Positions 9,801-19,354 of a stretch of 64,000 bases of DNA are shown here, piece by piece; the stretch's first letter is position 1, and each line of letters starts with the position of its first letter. Origin of the DNA: Bacteroidota bacterium (lineage in GTDB: Bacteria > Bacteroidota > Bacteroidia > Palsa-948). Position numbers and translations under genes: made by a program. The stretch covers positions 13,670 through 77,669 of the forward strand of contig JACRAL010000093.1 of NCBI GenBank assembly GCA_016213435.1. Direction: 5' to 3'. Below the pieces are notes generated by a model. It worked only from the letters and a program-made list of their open reading frames with translations. It made no database searches and was not told the DNA's origin.

Positions 9801-10310
9801 GCAAAACTGAACTGGAGCACCGCTTCGGAAACTAATAATGATTACTTTGCCATAGAGCGCAGTGCAGATGGAGTAAACTATGAGACAATAGGCACAGTAA
9901 AAGGTGCAGGCAACAGCAGCATGACAACAGATTATACATTCACGGATGCTGATCCTGTGGATGGAATTTCTTATTACCGCATCAGGCAAACGGATTATAA
10001 CGGAAACAGCACTGTTTCAAAAATTGTGAGTTACAATAAGAATGTCTGCGGTGTATCTGTTTATCCAAATCCATTTGATAAAACTTTGTATGTGAGCAGC
10101 CCAACTACTGTGAATGCATTATTCAGGATTGTAAATGTATTGGGGCAGGAGGTGTATTCTCAGCATATCTTCCTACCCGGAGATGGCACAAGCCTTGCCA
10201 TTGACTTACCTTTATTAGCCAGCGGAATGTATATAGTGCGGATCAGTGATACAGATAACTTAAATCTGTTGCTGAACACGAAAGTGGTGAGAGCGGGAGT
10301 GGCTGAGTAG
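6870..10310 (+). CDS. Large secreted protein with SBBP-type beta-propeller repeats and a type IX secretion C-terminal sorting domain
   Basis: 1146 aa. Repeated NVYVTGYY/NVFVGGYS/NVYITGSF motifs. The C-terminus (YPNPFDKTLYV...GMYIVRISD...KVV) matches the T9SS C-terminal domain. The true start may be at 6918. Confidence 0.7.
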   Translation: MKNKIFTLALRSISSPMDNRRLRPKVSCGGTLLLLLCQFCFWQQGYAVVTTLTLANPTTAVGAADICAGTLKVPIHAFKITASGGAGSGVLTNFQFTTTGTYVASEIVNFKIWKNTVDDLSTATELLAAYAGTPPSTNNTPLGPGLQVYSGTGGPSTSFRTFSYGIPNTVTWFFWITMDVAATVTDGSTIGVIASVNTDMTTAKIQAGSAAASGTQTLHTFPVITVQPADQSICTSSLSVPAAFNVTATAGSGLTYQWYENAVLITNGGIYSGATSAALTLTGVNAGMNGYLYTCVTSTAFCSTTSSAASLNVPALAPTRAVTQNNISGVLQGTNYNEIIGIEIDINCATTTATSFILNTTGSTAPGTDISAARLLYTGTSSIFTTSAPQFGIQASPSGTFTITGTQSLSVGTNYFWLSYDVPLTAVLGDVLDGQCTSITIGGTGTAPSPTTVAGSRPIVAVNSWLWAQGAVGDGTAFEIQDILDCAIDASNSVYTVGYFKLNVTFGSTPTLSAPVGYSPVIVKYDAGGNALWARMIGNAAGGYVGSYDGVAVSPAGWVYAVGNVSAGTTFGPFTATMGGMVVMVYDANGNEAYMFPQNTNTGTCSGSNLAVDASDNVYVTGYYIGAITIGGLSITSSNGGTQTDVFVVKYDGVTGNPVWLKSIGGGGGGAHGVWFNTYVNDAMKSIAVDASGNVFVGGYSAASSPLDVWSGEPRITAGAFTTTSVQQLDFFLVKYNSSGTEQWMKQPTSGTGGGNDMNKMAGLALDASGNVYITGSFAYNLRIGTTTLTNTGAGGNPTFVLDVFVAKYNNAGTFQWAVSGGGSGEENGYNIAINPLNNHLFVIGDINLSGGNATFTRMAAGGSGGGGNTVFSTITLPGGMGDLFIVEYTDAGVAVCGSSLVGGGEDATGVAADNFGFAYIAGDFEGVDPFIVGSTSLPFTMGAGQENAYIARWSSCVAVPLGVEWMSFTASCNEGKAKLNWSTASETNNDYFAIERSADGVNYETIGTVKGAGNSSMTTDYTFTDADPVDGISYYRIRQTDYNGNSTVSKIVSYNKNVCGVSVYPNPFDKTLYVSSPTTVNALFRIVNVLGQEVYSQHIFLPGDGTSLAIDLPLLASGMYIVRISDTDNLNLLLNTKVVRAGVAE

Positions 10311-10367
10311 TACAGAAAAGACACAGAAGCAGTTTGTGATAAAATAAAAAGCAAATCCGGATCTTCA

Positions 10368-10709
10368 TTGATTTCTTATATTTGCTTCATGATCCACAGA
10401 TTGAAATCGTATTTATCAGTTTTCTTTCTTGCAGTTTTTCTTACTCCTACAATAGTAAAGGAAGTCCACAGCATTTGCCATGATAAAGAATTTCACTGCA
10501 ATGCCGCAAGTGAAACTCACATTCATATTCTTCATCACGATTGTACACTCTGCAATTTCGTCATCCCTGTTATTTCTGTTCCTTCTAAAGATCAAACTAA
10601 TTTTACACTCCCGCATTTTGCGGAATATATTTTCCCACATTCAGCAAACTTTTATTTTTCTTCTTCTCAATTCTCTTCCGCTTCGCTACGAGCTCCTCCT
10701 TTTTGCTGA
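10368..10709 (+). CDS. Small His/Cys-rich protein, possible metal-binding
   Basis: 113 aa containing HSICHDKEFHCNAASETHIHILHHDCTLCNF. Lies upstream of a ZnuA/ZnuB-like locus. Confidence 0.35.
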   Translation: MISYICFMIHRLKSYLSVFFLAVFLTPTIVKEVHSICHDKEFHCNAASETHIHILHHDCTLCNFVIPVISVPSKDQTNFTLPHFAEYIFPHSANFYFSSSQFSSASLRAPPFC

Positions 10710-10764
10710 TTGCTTTGGTCTCCAGCAAAAAATTCATTTTCCTTTTTTTTAAATAAAACTTAGT

Positions 10765-11913
10765 ATGTTAAAATCAGGTTCTATAATTATAGTTTGTTTG
10801 CATGTATTTTTTCAATGTTATTCTCAGTCAGATTCTTCAAAAATTGCTGATTTACTTCTGCTTCAGAAAATACAGAATGAAATGCAGAAACCAACTTCTT
10901 CCCCTCAGCCTCGCGTTGCTGCTTCAGCAAATCCCAACTTAAGTGTTATAGGAGATTTCAGGGGATTGTATCGCAATTTTGGGCATCACAACTTTGACGC
11001 AGTGCTGCATGAAACAGAATTTTCTTTTCAATCCGTGGTTGATCCCTATGCCCGCGCTGATTTTTTTTATTCAGTGAAAGAAGATCACGCCACAGGAGAA
11101 TTTTCAAGTGAAGTGGAAGAAGGCTATCTCACTACCTTATCATTGCCAGCGCATCTGCAATTGAGAGCGGGAAGATTTAAACAGACCCTCGGAAGAATTA
11201 ATCCCGTTCATCCTCATGCGCTTTCGTTTGTGGATATGCCCGATGCATATGTAAATTTCTTTGGCGAAGAAGGATTGAAAGGAGACGGTGCATCGCTGAG
11301 TTGGCTGCTTCCCAATCATGTTTTTTTCCAGGAACTTACAGTGGAGGCTACCAATGTAGCAGGTGAAAGTCCTAGTTTTGAGCGAAGCAAAACAAATAAT
11401 TTCATTTATCTCGCGCACTTTAAAAATTTCTGGGATCTATCGGCTAACGCAACCCTGGAACTTGGCATTTCCGGTATTTCCGGAGAAAATCGGATGAAGA
11501 AGATCACAAACATTGGCGCTGTGGTTCTCACGTATAAATGGAAACCTGTCCGGTACAATACATACAAGTCCGTCACTTTTCAGAATGAATTGTATTACAG
11601 CCGCGCAATGCTCGACAGCAGCACGGTGAACGCCATCGGGTTTTATTCCCTGTTGAATGTGCAGATCGCAAAACGTACATTTGTCGCTGGAAGATTTGAT
11701 TATTCAAACCGACCTAACTCGGCACAATTTCTGCAGCAGTCAGGCTCACTTGCCTTGGGCTGGCTTGCAACAGAATTTCAGAAAATAGAAATAGAAGGAA
11801 AATACACAACCATGAATGAAGCGCTCCCGGAAAATAACAACGAGAAAAGTTTCGTGCAGGTATATCTAAGATGGATATTTGTAATTGGCTCTCATGGAGC
11901 ACATGTGTATTAA
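10765..11913 (+). CDS. Hypothetical secreted or outer-membrane protein
   Basis: 382 aa with an N-terminal signal peptide and beta-rich composition. Confidence 0.45.
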   Translation: MLKSGSIIIVCLHVFFQCYSQSDSSKIADLLLLQKIQNEMQKPTSSPQPRVAASANPNLSVIGDFRGLYRNFGHHNFDAVLHETEFSFQSVVDPYARADFFYSVKEDHATGEFSSEVEEGYLTTLSLPAHLQLRAGRFKQTLGRINPVHPHALSFVDMPDAYVNFFGEEGLKGDGASLSWLLPNHVFFQELTVEATNVAGESPSFERSKTNNFIYLAHFKNFWDLSANATLELGISGISGENRMKKITNIGAVVLTYKWKPVRYNTYKSVTFQNELYYSRAMLDSSTVNAIGFYSLLNVQIAKRTFVAGRFDYSNRPNSAQFLQQSGSLALGWLATEFQKIEIEGKYTTMNEALPENNNEKSFVQVYLRWIFVIGSHGAHVY

Positions 11914-11958
11914 AACAAGAAAAATAAATTAATAAGTCAAAAGTCAAAAGAAAACAAT

Positions 11959-12864
11959 ATGAAAATCAATATATATATCGCACTCAGTATTTTAATTGGA
12001 ACTATTTCTTTTTCCAAGGCAGGCACAATTCATGTGGTTACTACCACGCAGGATACAAAAAGTATTGCGGAAATCATTGGCGGAAACAAAGTTAATGTAT
12101 TCGCCATTGCAACGGGTTATCAGAATCCGCACTTTGTTGATCCAAAACCAAGTTATATAATCAAGCTTGCGAATGCCGATCTGTTCGTCACACTCGGTCT
12201 TGATCTGGAAAGCGGATGGTCTCCTTCTCTTCTTACAAGTTCTAAAAACAGAAAAATTCAAAAAGGAAGTGACGGGTATGTGGATGCATCGGTTGGGGTT
12301 TCTCTTATGCAGGTTCCATCCAGCATCAATCGTGCGGAAGGAGACATTCACATTTTCGGAAACCCTCACTACTGGCTCGATCCGCTCAACGGGAAAGTAA
12401 TCGCGCGGAATATCTGTGACGGACTTGCAAAAATTTCTCCGGAAAACAAAACCTTGTTCGAGGCGAACCTGAAAATATTTGATGACCAGATCGACCTGAA
12501 AATTAAAACATGGAGTGCAAGCATGGCCACTTTCAAAGGAGCAAAGGTGATTGCCTATCACAACGAGTGGTGTTATTTTGAAAATCGTTTCGGACTGAAG
12601 ATCATTGACTTCATGGAACCGAAACCCGGAATTCCTCCTACGCCAACCCAATTAGTAAAGATTATCAAAGCAGTAAAAGAAAACAAGATCAAAGTAATTA
12701 TCACCTCACCGTATTTCACAGCATCTTCATCGGATGTAGTTGCAAAACAAACGGGAGCGACAACACTTATTCTTGCAACTTCCGTAGGCGCTTTTGACTC
12801 AATAAAAAATTATTACGATCTGTTTGATTACAATATAAAATTACTGACCGATGCTTTAAAATGA
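11959..12864 (+). CDS. Metal (zinc/manganese) ABC transporter substrate-binding protein, ZnuA/TroA family
   Basis: 301 aa with a signal peptide. HIFGNPHYWLDP motif typical of cluster A-I metal-binding proteins. Confidence 0.75.
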   Translation: MKINIYIALSILIGTISFSKAGTIHVVTTTQDTKSIAEIIGGNKVNVFAIATGYQNPHFVDPKPSYIIKLANADLFVTLGLDLESGWSPSLLTSSKNRKIQKGSDGYVDASVGVSLMQVPSSINRAEGDIHIFGNPHYWLDPLNGKVIARNICDGLAKISPENKTLFEANLKIFDDQIDLKIKTWSASMATFKGAKVIAYHNEWCYFENRFGLKIIDFMEPKPGIPPTPTQLVKIIKAVKENKIKVIITSPYFTASSSDVVAKQTGATTLILATSVGAFDSIKNYYDLFDYNIKLLTDALK

Positions 12865-12895
12865 TTTATCAATAAAATACTAAATCTATTTTTCT

Positions 12896-13753
12896 ATGTT
12901 CGACATGTTTCAATTAGATTTTATGACGCAGGCGTTCATCGTCAGCATCATTATTGGCGTGGTACTCTCCTACCTTGGCGTACACGTGGTGGGAAGAGGA
13001 ATTGTATTCGTTGACCTCGCGCTCGGGCAGATCTCTTCTCTCGGTGTTGCATTTTCCGATTATGTCGGTTACGGAAAAACAATCATTCCCATTTTATTCG
13101 CACTCAGCGGAGCTCTGCTCATGGCACTCATCAACATTCGCGACAAACGGCTCAAACTGGAAGCCATCATCGGAATAATTTACGCGGTGTCATCGGCTGC
13201 AACGGTCATGCTTATTTCAAAAACGCCTCACGGAGATTCCGACATCCAGGAAGTACTCTTCGGGAATATCCTCTCTATAAACTGGGAACAAATACAGATC
13301 ATCGGAACTATCTTCGGAGCCATCGCTTTACTCCATTTTATTTTTCATAAAAAGTTCTTTCTGCTTACAGAAAGTTTTGAAAAAGAGGATTCTGATTTTG
13401 CCGCTTCCCACTTCAGCAAAAAAGGTTGGTTCAGTTTCTGGAATTTCCTTTTTTACTTAACCATCGGTCTTGCCATTGTTTTTGCAGTACGAGTGAGCGG
13501 GGTTATTCCTGTGTTCTCATTTCTTATTATTCCAGCAGTTGGAGCAATCATGCTGTCAAAGAAAGAACTGAACATAACAATTACTGCTGTCATCATCAGT
13601 GTACTGGGAGCCTTTTTTGGATTGAATGTTTCCTATCACTATGACTTTCCGGCAGGTTCATCATTAGTAGCGGTGCTGGGTGGAATATTCCTGATTATGT
13701 CTTTGCTATATCTTTTCAAAAACAGAAAGAAAGATCAGGAAGAGAATAATTAA
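12896..13753 (+). CDS. Metal ABC transporter permease, ABC-3/ZnuB family
   Basis: 285 aa, multi-pass membrane protein, immediately downstream of the binding-protein gene. Confidence 0.75.
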   Translation: MFDMFQLDFMTQAFIVSIIIGVVLSYLGVHVVGRGIVFVDLALGQISSLGVAFSDYVGYGKTIIPILFALSGALLMALINIRDKRLKLEAIIGIIYAVSSAATVMLISKTPHGDSDIQEVLFGNILSINWEQIQIIGTIFGAIALLHFIFHKKFFLLTESFEKEDSDFAASHFSKKGWFSFWNFLFYLTIGLAIVFAVRVSGVIPVFSFLIIPAVGAIMLSKKELNITITAVIISVLGAFFGLNVSYHYDFPAGSSLVAVLGGIFLIMSLLYLFKNRKKDQEENN

Positions 13754-13773
13754 ATAAGGAGTTCACAGACGTA

Positions 13774-15741
13774 CTATTTTCTGAATGATGGTGCGTAATA
13801 ATCATACTTGCTGTCAGCAAAAGAAGATACGGTGAAGTCGTCAAGGTAAAAAGAATTCTTGTTTTGATTCCATAGATATATTCTTACTTCATCATCGGGA
13901 TAAGCGGAGGAGGGCAATTCAAATGTGGCAAAAACTTCCTGCCACCTCACCCCATGCCCCTCTCCCACAGGAGAGGGGTGTTTCACAAATTGCTGAAGAG
14001 GTTTCCCCTGCCATTCTCTTTTCCCATTCGGATCGCCAACTTCCATTACAAGTTGTGCATAAATCTCCTCTTTCGAATAAATCCATGCATTAATATTTAC
14101 ACATCCTGAATTATCGCGGAAAAGTTTTTTAACGGTGGTTTTTAGCGTAATACAGAATTCATCTTTTGGTTCGATGTTCAGAGCATATTTTCCGGAATGA
14201 GAATAAGATGTATCGGCTTTGGCAGAATCCCAACTCAGTCCCTTTCCTGCTCCCAAAGAAGAAGAGCGATCAAATCCAACATGAGAATAAAAAATCGTAT
14301 CGCGCTTGCATGAATTAATTTTTCCAAACATGGTTATTTGCGAATTGAAATGCTTTTCATCGTATAAAATACAGGGATATTTGCGCTTTATCAATTCAGG
14401 GATTTCATATGGACTTCTGAAGTTTGACCAACCGTAAATAAAATAAGAGGTTTTGCATGAATCTACCTTCTTCATCATATCTGATACAAATAAAGAATCA
14501 TCTCCGGAAAAAAAATTAAAAGGAACATTAACATTCCATCGTTTAAAATAAAAATCCATAATGTCCTTGCCGGATGAATTCAAAACCGTTGCAACATTTT
14601 CTTTGCCGTATTTATTTTGAAGATTGATTACCGATTGATTGATCTCCTTAAACACGCCAAAGCACTCCCGTTTATAAAATTTCTCTTCCACAATGGTGCT
14701 GAATAATAAAATAATTCCCCACGAAACAAAAAGAATATTATTTAATTTCTTATGCCTCTCCTTAAAGAATGAGAAAAGAAATAACAGCAAAAACGGAAAA
14801 GAAAAAAGAAGCGTAGAATATTGCAAAACAGCATTCGCATTCACGGAATAATAATACCCTGCGACAAAGGGAAGAAAGAACCAAGCAACGCAGATGAACT
14901 GAAATTTTGAAAATGAAATATCCGGATGATAGACAAGCATCGACAAAAGAAAAAGTGTCGCCACCGTAATTACAACAAGTGATGAATCATTGAGTCCGTA
15001 CAAAATATATTTCCAGAGATACTCTTTTTCTGGTTTTGCAAGCCATTCACCCACTCCTCCCATGCTGAACTGATGAACAGAAACGAAAAAGTGAGGAAGA
15101 AAAAGAAAAATAGCAATCCCCCCTGAAAGCAAATAAGGTTTCCATGTTTCTTTTTTCAAAAACAGAAATCCGGTAACGGCAACGATCATGACAAAAAAGA
15201 AAGAAAAATAATGGGTATACATGCAAAGTGCAGTTGCAATTCCATACAAAATAGATTTCAGGTAAATTCTTCTTCCCGATCCAAATAAAAGATTTGTCCA
15301 GAACCAAACCGAAAGCAAAGAAAAAAATAATCCAAAAGAGTAAGGACGTGCCAATTGGCTGTAAAGGATCGGAAAATTAAGAATGGCAAGAGAGAGAGAA
15401 GAAAAACAGGCCGTGGCAAAACCAAACCATTTCTTTGCAACGAAATACAATAACACAACACTGCCAATTCCCGCGATAACAAATGGCAGCCGGATAGCCG
15501 CTTCTGATAATCCAAACAGTTTTGTCCATCCCCAAATAAAGACTTGTGCAAATGCAGGATGGGTATCGCGATCCCGCACACCTTGCACTATGAGTTCAGA
15601 AAAAGACGAATAGTTAAGACGCAGAAATGCTCCCAACTCATCATGCGTAAAAGACCAATTCCAATAATTCCACAACCTCAAAATAGAGGCGATGAAAATA
15701 ATAACGACAAAGACTATCCTTTCTTCAGAAAACTTTTTCAC
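13774..15741 (-). CDS. GT-C-fold membrane glycosyltransferase (PMT/ArnT-like family)
   Basis: 655 aa with about 11 N-terminal transmembrane helices and a soluble C-terminal domain. Contains an in-frame GC-rich palindrome at 13945-13979. Confidence 0.5.
   Translation of the reverse strand: MKKFSEERIVFVVIIFIASILRLWNYWNWSFTHDELGAFLRLNYSSFSELIVQGVRDRDTHPAFAQVFIWGWTKLFGLSEAAIRLPFVIAGIGSVVLLYFVAKKWFGFATACFSSLSLAILNFPILYSQLARPYSFGLFFSLLSVWFWTNLLFGSGRRIYLKSILYGIATALCMYTHYFSFFFVMIVAVTGFLFLKKETWKPYLLSGGIAIFLFLPHFFVSVHQFSMGGVGEWLAKPEKEYLWKYILYGLNDSSLVVITVATLFLLSMLVYHPDISFSKFQFICVAWFFLPFVAGYYYSVNANAVLQYSTLLFSFPFLLLFLFSFFKERHKKLNNILFVSWGIILLFSTIVEEKFYKRECFGVFKEINQSVINLQNKYGKENVATVLNSSGKDIMDFYFKRWNVNVPFNFFSGDDSLFVSDMMKKVDSCKTSYFIYGWSNFRSPYEIPELIKRKYPCILYDEKHFNSQITMFGKINSCKRDTIFYSHVGFDRSSSLGAGKGLSWDSAKADTSYSHSGKYALNIEPKDEFCITLKTTVKKLFRDNSGCVNINAWIYSKEEIYAQLVMEVGDPNGKREWQGKPLQQFVKHPSPVGEGHGVRWQEVFATFELPSSAYPDDEVRIYLWNQNKNSFYLDDFTVSSFADSKYDYYAPSFRK
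13945..13979. repeat. GC-rich palindromic element copy (CCTCACCCCATGCCCCTCTCCCACAGGAGAGGGG), in frame inside a CDS
   Basis: Sequence shared with 22050, 22170, 23091 and 46431. Encodes HPSPVGEGHGVRW in the host ORF. Confidence 0.7.
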
Positions 15742-15762
15742 ACTACAAACTTACGGAATGAT

Positions 15763-17241
15763 TTACATATATGGCTTTGCTACAGAATCGGTATAACTCA
15801 TCTGTGAGTACTGGTCGTTATAAATATTTTGTTCGGGCAAATATTTTATTTCATAATCTCTAGAAATATATTTCTCTATTGAATATTTATCTGCATAAAA
15901 CACAAGCACTACATTTTTATTCTCTTCAGAATGCCAATTTCTCACCTTTAATTCATTATACCACCATCCGCAAATTAAAAATGTTTTCCTCTGTTCGGCT
16001 TTAACTTTCCGGAATACTTCTTCTGTAAAAGCAATTTTATTTAAACGCTTCGTATAATCCGAAAAAACCGGACCCGTCAGAGGATCAATAAAAATCTCCT
16101 GTCCTGCTATCCTGAATTTCACCAAAAAAAGAGAATGTTCTGACCCGCGAAGCGGATCGGTGAGATTGATGCTGAATAGGAAAGAAGACATAGTCATCAG
16201 CACACAAAATGTTTTAAAAGCGCGACTCGAAAGAAAATATCCAAATAGCAGAATGATGAATGGAATTGCCGGTATGAAGTACGCAGATTTCTGGGGTAAA
16301 CGCAAATAGAAAATTATATATATGGCAATCGTAACCAAACAAGCCAAAAACAATTTAACAGGCATTCCTGCCGGAAGCAGTTTCTCTTTCAATGAAATTT
16401 TATCTATAAGATATTTTATCTTGTAAAAAATTATTGAAGCTATTCCAATCGTTCCAAAAACTCCAAATGTTATTATGTAAAATACTTTCGGAAGATTGGG
16501 ATAAGGAAACTGGTCAGCGAAAGTAAAAAAAGAAAATTCGTATGTTTTGACAACAGGAATGTATGTGAGAATTCCGATAGCAACTGTTGTAATACAGAGA
16601 ATAAAAATCCCTCTCGAACTATACTCCCTCCCGATAGCTATCCGGACTGCGGCTGTCCCTTTAGAAAGGGGGAAAAATAAAATACAAAATGGAATCAGCA
16701 TCGCTCCGGAAGTAATTCGAAAACCAATGGAAAATCCGAGCATTATTCCGGAAAGAATTAACTGTCTCAGAGCAAAAGGTTCAGAAGAAGAATTTCTCAT
16801 CCAAGTCAACAAGAAATAAAAACTTCCCATCACACAGGCCATTGCGAGCATGTAATCGATCGTATACGTGGAGGAAATAAAAACGATAGGAGTAAACGCA
16901 AACGCGAACGATGCAAATAAGTAATGCCTGAAGTCGAGCTGTCTGAGCGCTAATGCAAAAAATAAAACTGCGATCACACTCGCAATAGCAGTCAGAAGAT
17001 TGTAGGCGAACAGGCCTGCATTCCACATCAAAGAATAAATTATTTCCTGCAGCGGATGACCAGGAGCGCGTGATAATTCGTACTGACCGGAAAGAGCAAT
17101 ATTTTTTGCTGTAATCGGAAGCAACCATGAATCTTCTTCTGCGCCAAAACCCGCTGAGAGAAACGGAAGACGGGAAAGAAAAACTACAAGAGAAAGAAAA
17201 ATGAGCTGAACAGTTATGTTTTCAGAAAATAGTTTTCTCAT
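15763..17241 (-). CDS. GT-C-fold membrane glycosyltransferase (PMT/ArnT-like), paralog of the upstream gene
   Basis: 492 aa, polytopic membrane protein with the same topology pattern. Confidence 0.5.
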   Translation of the reverse strand: MRKLFSENITVQLIFLSLVVFLSRLPFLSAGFGAEEDSWLLPITAKNIALSGQYELSRAPGHPLQEIIYSLMWNAGLFAYNLLTAIASVIAVLFFALALRQLDFRHYLFASFAFAFTPIVFISSTYTIDYMLAMACVMGSFYFLLTWMRNSSSEPFALRQLILSGIMLGFSIGFRITSGAMLIPFCILFFPLSKGTAAVRIAIGREYSSRGIFILCITTVAIGILTYIPVVKTYEFSFFTFADQFPYPNLPKVFYIITFGVFGTIGIASIIFYKIKYLIDKISLKEKLLPAGMPVKLFLACLVTIAIYIIFYLRLPQKSAYFIPAIPFIILLFGYFLSSRAFKTFCVLMTMSSFLFSINLTDPLRGSEHSLFLVKFRIAGQEIFIDPLTGPVFSDYTKRLNKIAFTEEVFRKVKAEQRKTFLICGWWYNELKVRNWHSEENKNVVLVFYADKYSIEKYISRDYEIKYLPEQNIYNDQYSQMSYTDSVAKPYM

Positions 17242-18038
17242 TTAACAAAATTTCGCTGTCTTACTACTTCGTAAAGCGTGATACCCGCAGATACAGAAAC
17301 ATTCAATGATTCAATTTGACCATAAAGTGGAATTTTCGCTTTCTCATCCGAAATTTTTAGGTATTCCTCAGAAATACCATCTTCTTCCGAACCAAAAATA
17401 ATTGCAGTGGGAAGCGAAAAGTTCATTCCATAAATTGTAGTCTCTGATTTTTCTGTACACGATACAATATGCAGTCCGCTACTTTTCAAAAAGTCGATCG
17501 TTTGTTTTAGATTCTCGCTCCGGCATATCGGAATCTGGTAGATTGCTCCAGCAGATGCTTTGATCGCATCGTTGTTTATCTGAGCACTTCCGCGTGAGGG
17601 AACAATCATCGCGTGAACTCCAGCACATTCCGCGCTTCTGCTGATAGCTCCTATATTACGTACATCCGTAATCCTGTCAAGAATGATCACCAAGGGAATC
17701 TCTCCTTTTTCAAAAACTGTTGGAAGGATGTCTTCAATGTTACGATAAGTGACAGGCGAAAGCAGTGCGATCACTCCCTGATGATTGCGGGATTTGATGA
17801 GGTGGTTCAGTTTTTCAGCAGGAACAAACTGAAACGGAATCTTATATTTTTTTATCTCCTCGTTCAATTCGCTCATCAACTTACTCCCCGTTCCTTGCTG
17901 GAATAAGATTTTTTCAATCTCCTTTCCTGAACGTATCGCTTCAATGATCGGCCGAATGCCGAAAATCAATTTCATTGCAGTATCCTTATCTTCTCTTGAG
18001 TAAGAAGATTTTTTTCTCTCCGGCTTGTTGTTTTCCAT
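17238..18038 (-). CDS. rlmB: 23S rRNA (guanosine-2'-O-)-methyltransferase, SpoU/TrmH family (RlmB-like)
   Basis: 266 aa carrying the SpoU motifs NIGAISRSAECAG and SLNVSVSAGI. Confidence 0.8.
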   Translation of the reverse strand: MENNKPERKKSSYSREDKDTAMKLIFGIRPIIEAIRSGKEIEKILFQQGTGSKLMSELNEEIKKYKIPFQFVPAEKLNHLIKSRNHQGVIALLSPVTYRNIEDILPTVFEKGEIPLVIILDRITDVRNIGAISRSAECAGVHAMIVPSRGSAQINNDAIKASAGAIYQIPICRSENLKQTIDFLKSSGLHIVSCTEKSETTIYGMNFSLPTAIIFGSEEDGISEEYLKISDEKAKIPLYGQIESLNVSVSAGITLYEVVRQRNFVK

Positions 18039-18061
18039 ATTTATTTAAACTAAGTCTAAAA

Positions 18062-19354
18062 TTATTTTTCCGAATATATTCTCCCCTGCCTCCACATCTC
18101 CATCGAATTAAACCAGCTCGTTCTGAATACCTGCGAGCGGTCAAGACGGTAATCGTTATCCGTGAACGGATTGACAACTTTCAAAAAAGAAAATGTGAGC
18201 GAGTTAAAATTATTCTCTTCACCATAAATCCAATTTTCGGAATCAGCATTTTTATATACAATATTAGGTAGACCATAAATCAGGTAGATCAATCCGCGAT
18301 CGGTCTTCCATCCTTCAATGTAAGAAGAAAAATAATTGTTTGAATTCTGAATGCGGTTGTAGAATTTTTTCACCAGCTCACGTCCTCGCTCCTGACTGCC
18401 TCCTGCACTCACCCAGAAACTATCCACCGATGCTTTTAAATTTTTACCAGAGCTCATCGCGTCATATTCCTGTTTTGTAGTAAGAAATCTCAAGGGCTGA
18501 AGCAGAAGCGCAGGAGTTTTTACCTGAGGAAAATCATCGTAAAATCTAAATAGTGTCAAACCTTCTTTTGTATTGGTATCCGCCTGAATATGATAAAAAC
18601 CCTGCTTATTGAAAACATATCCTACACTATCTTTTTCATCCAACTGGAGTGTGAATAAACTATCCGCACGGTATTCAAAAGGAGTCATGTTGCCTATAGA
18701 GAAAGGTGGAGATGGAAGAGGAAAATCACGGTGATAATAACGGACAAAAACTTTTGTGCCAGGCGTCCTGTAATGGATAATAATTTTCTCATTCTCCCTG
18801 ACATTGTCTCTGAAAATAGGCGTTTTATTTTCTGCTGAAAACATTATAAAATTCTGACGGGTGCTATGGTTCATTTTATCGATGGTCATGAAGGTTTTTG
18901 ACGTAACATTCCTGTTCGCATCGGAAAAATCGATCTCAAGAAGATAGGTGTTCGTGAAGATTGCATTGAAATCTATCTTTCCTATCAGGTCTTTTGACGT
19001 TTTGGAATACGGATCCGTGAGATTAACCGTTGTACTGTCAATAATATCTTTTGTTTCATAAGCAGAAACCAGTTTATAATGAATGCTGATATGCGCTGAA
19101 AATTTTTCGCTACCTGTCTGTTTGCTGTATAAAAGCTCTTTGGAGTTGATCTTAAAATGCAATTCAGAGACTGTGTTTGTTCGATGGAAAACCGAAAACT
19201 TGGGATGAAGGACATCTTGCTCTGTCTTATATATATAAGAAAGATTTGGGGTGCCGGATGACCGAGGTTTTGTAGTGGAGCATGCGTTAAAATTAAGAAT
19301 CAGAAATGAAAGAGATAAAAGATATAAGATATAAGGGGCAAGGGACTTCATCAT
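18062..19354 (-). CDS. GWxTD-domain protein
   Basis: 430 aa. The C-terminal region contains GWKTDRG and the conserved surrounding pattern. Confidence 0.6.
   Translation of the reverse strand: MMKSLAPYILYLLSLSFLILNFNACSTTKPRSSGTPNLSYIYKTEQDVLHPKFSVFHRTNTVSELHFKINSKELLYSKQTGSEKFSAHISIHYKLVSAYETKDIIDSTTVNLTDPYSKTSKDLIGKIDFNAIFTNTYLLEIDFSDANRNVTSKTFMTIDKMNHSTRQNFIMFSAENKTPIFRDNVRENEKIIIHYRTPGTKVFVRYYHRDFPLPSPPFSIGNMTPFEYRADSLFTLQLDEKDSVGYVFNKQGFYHIQADTNTKEGLTLFRFYDDFPQVKTPALLLQPLRFLTTKQEYDAMSSGKNLKASVDSFWVSAGGSQERGRELVKKFYNRIQNSNNYFSSYIEGWKTDRGLIYLIYGLPNIVYKNADSENWIYGEENNFNSLTFSFLKVVNPFTDNDYRLDRSQVFRTSWFNSMEMWRQGRIYSEK

Noticed and set aside
11992-12651. 219-aa minus-strand ORF
   Set aside because: Antisense to the ZnuA/TroA-family binding-protein gene, with no independent support.
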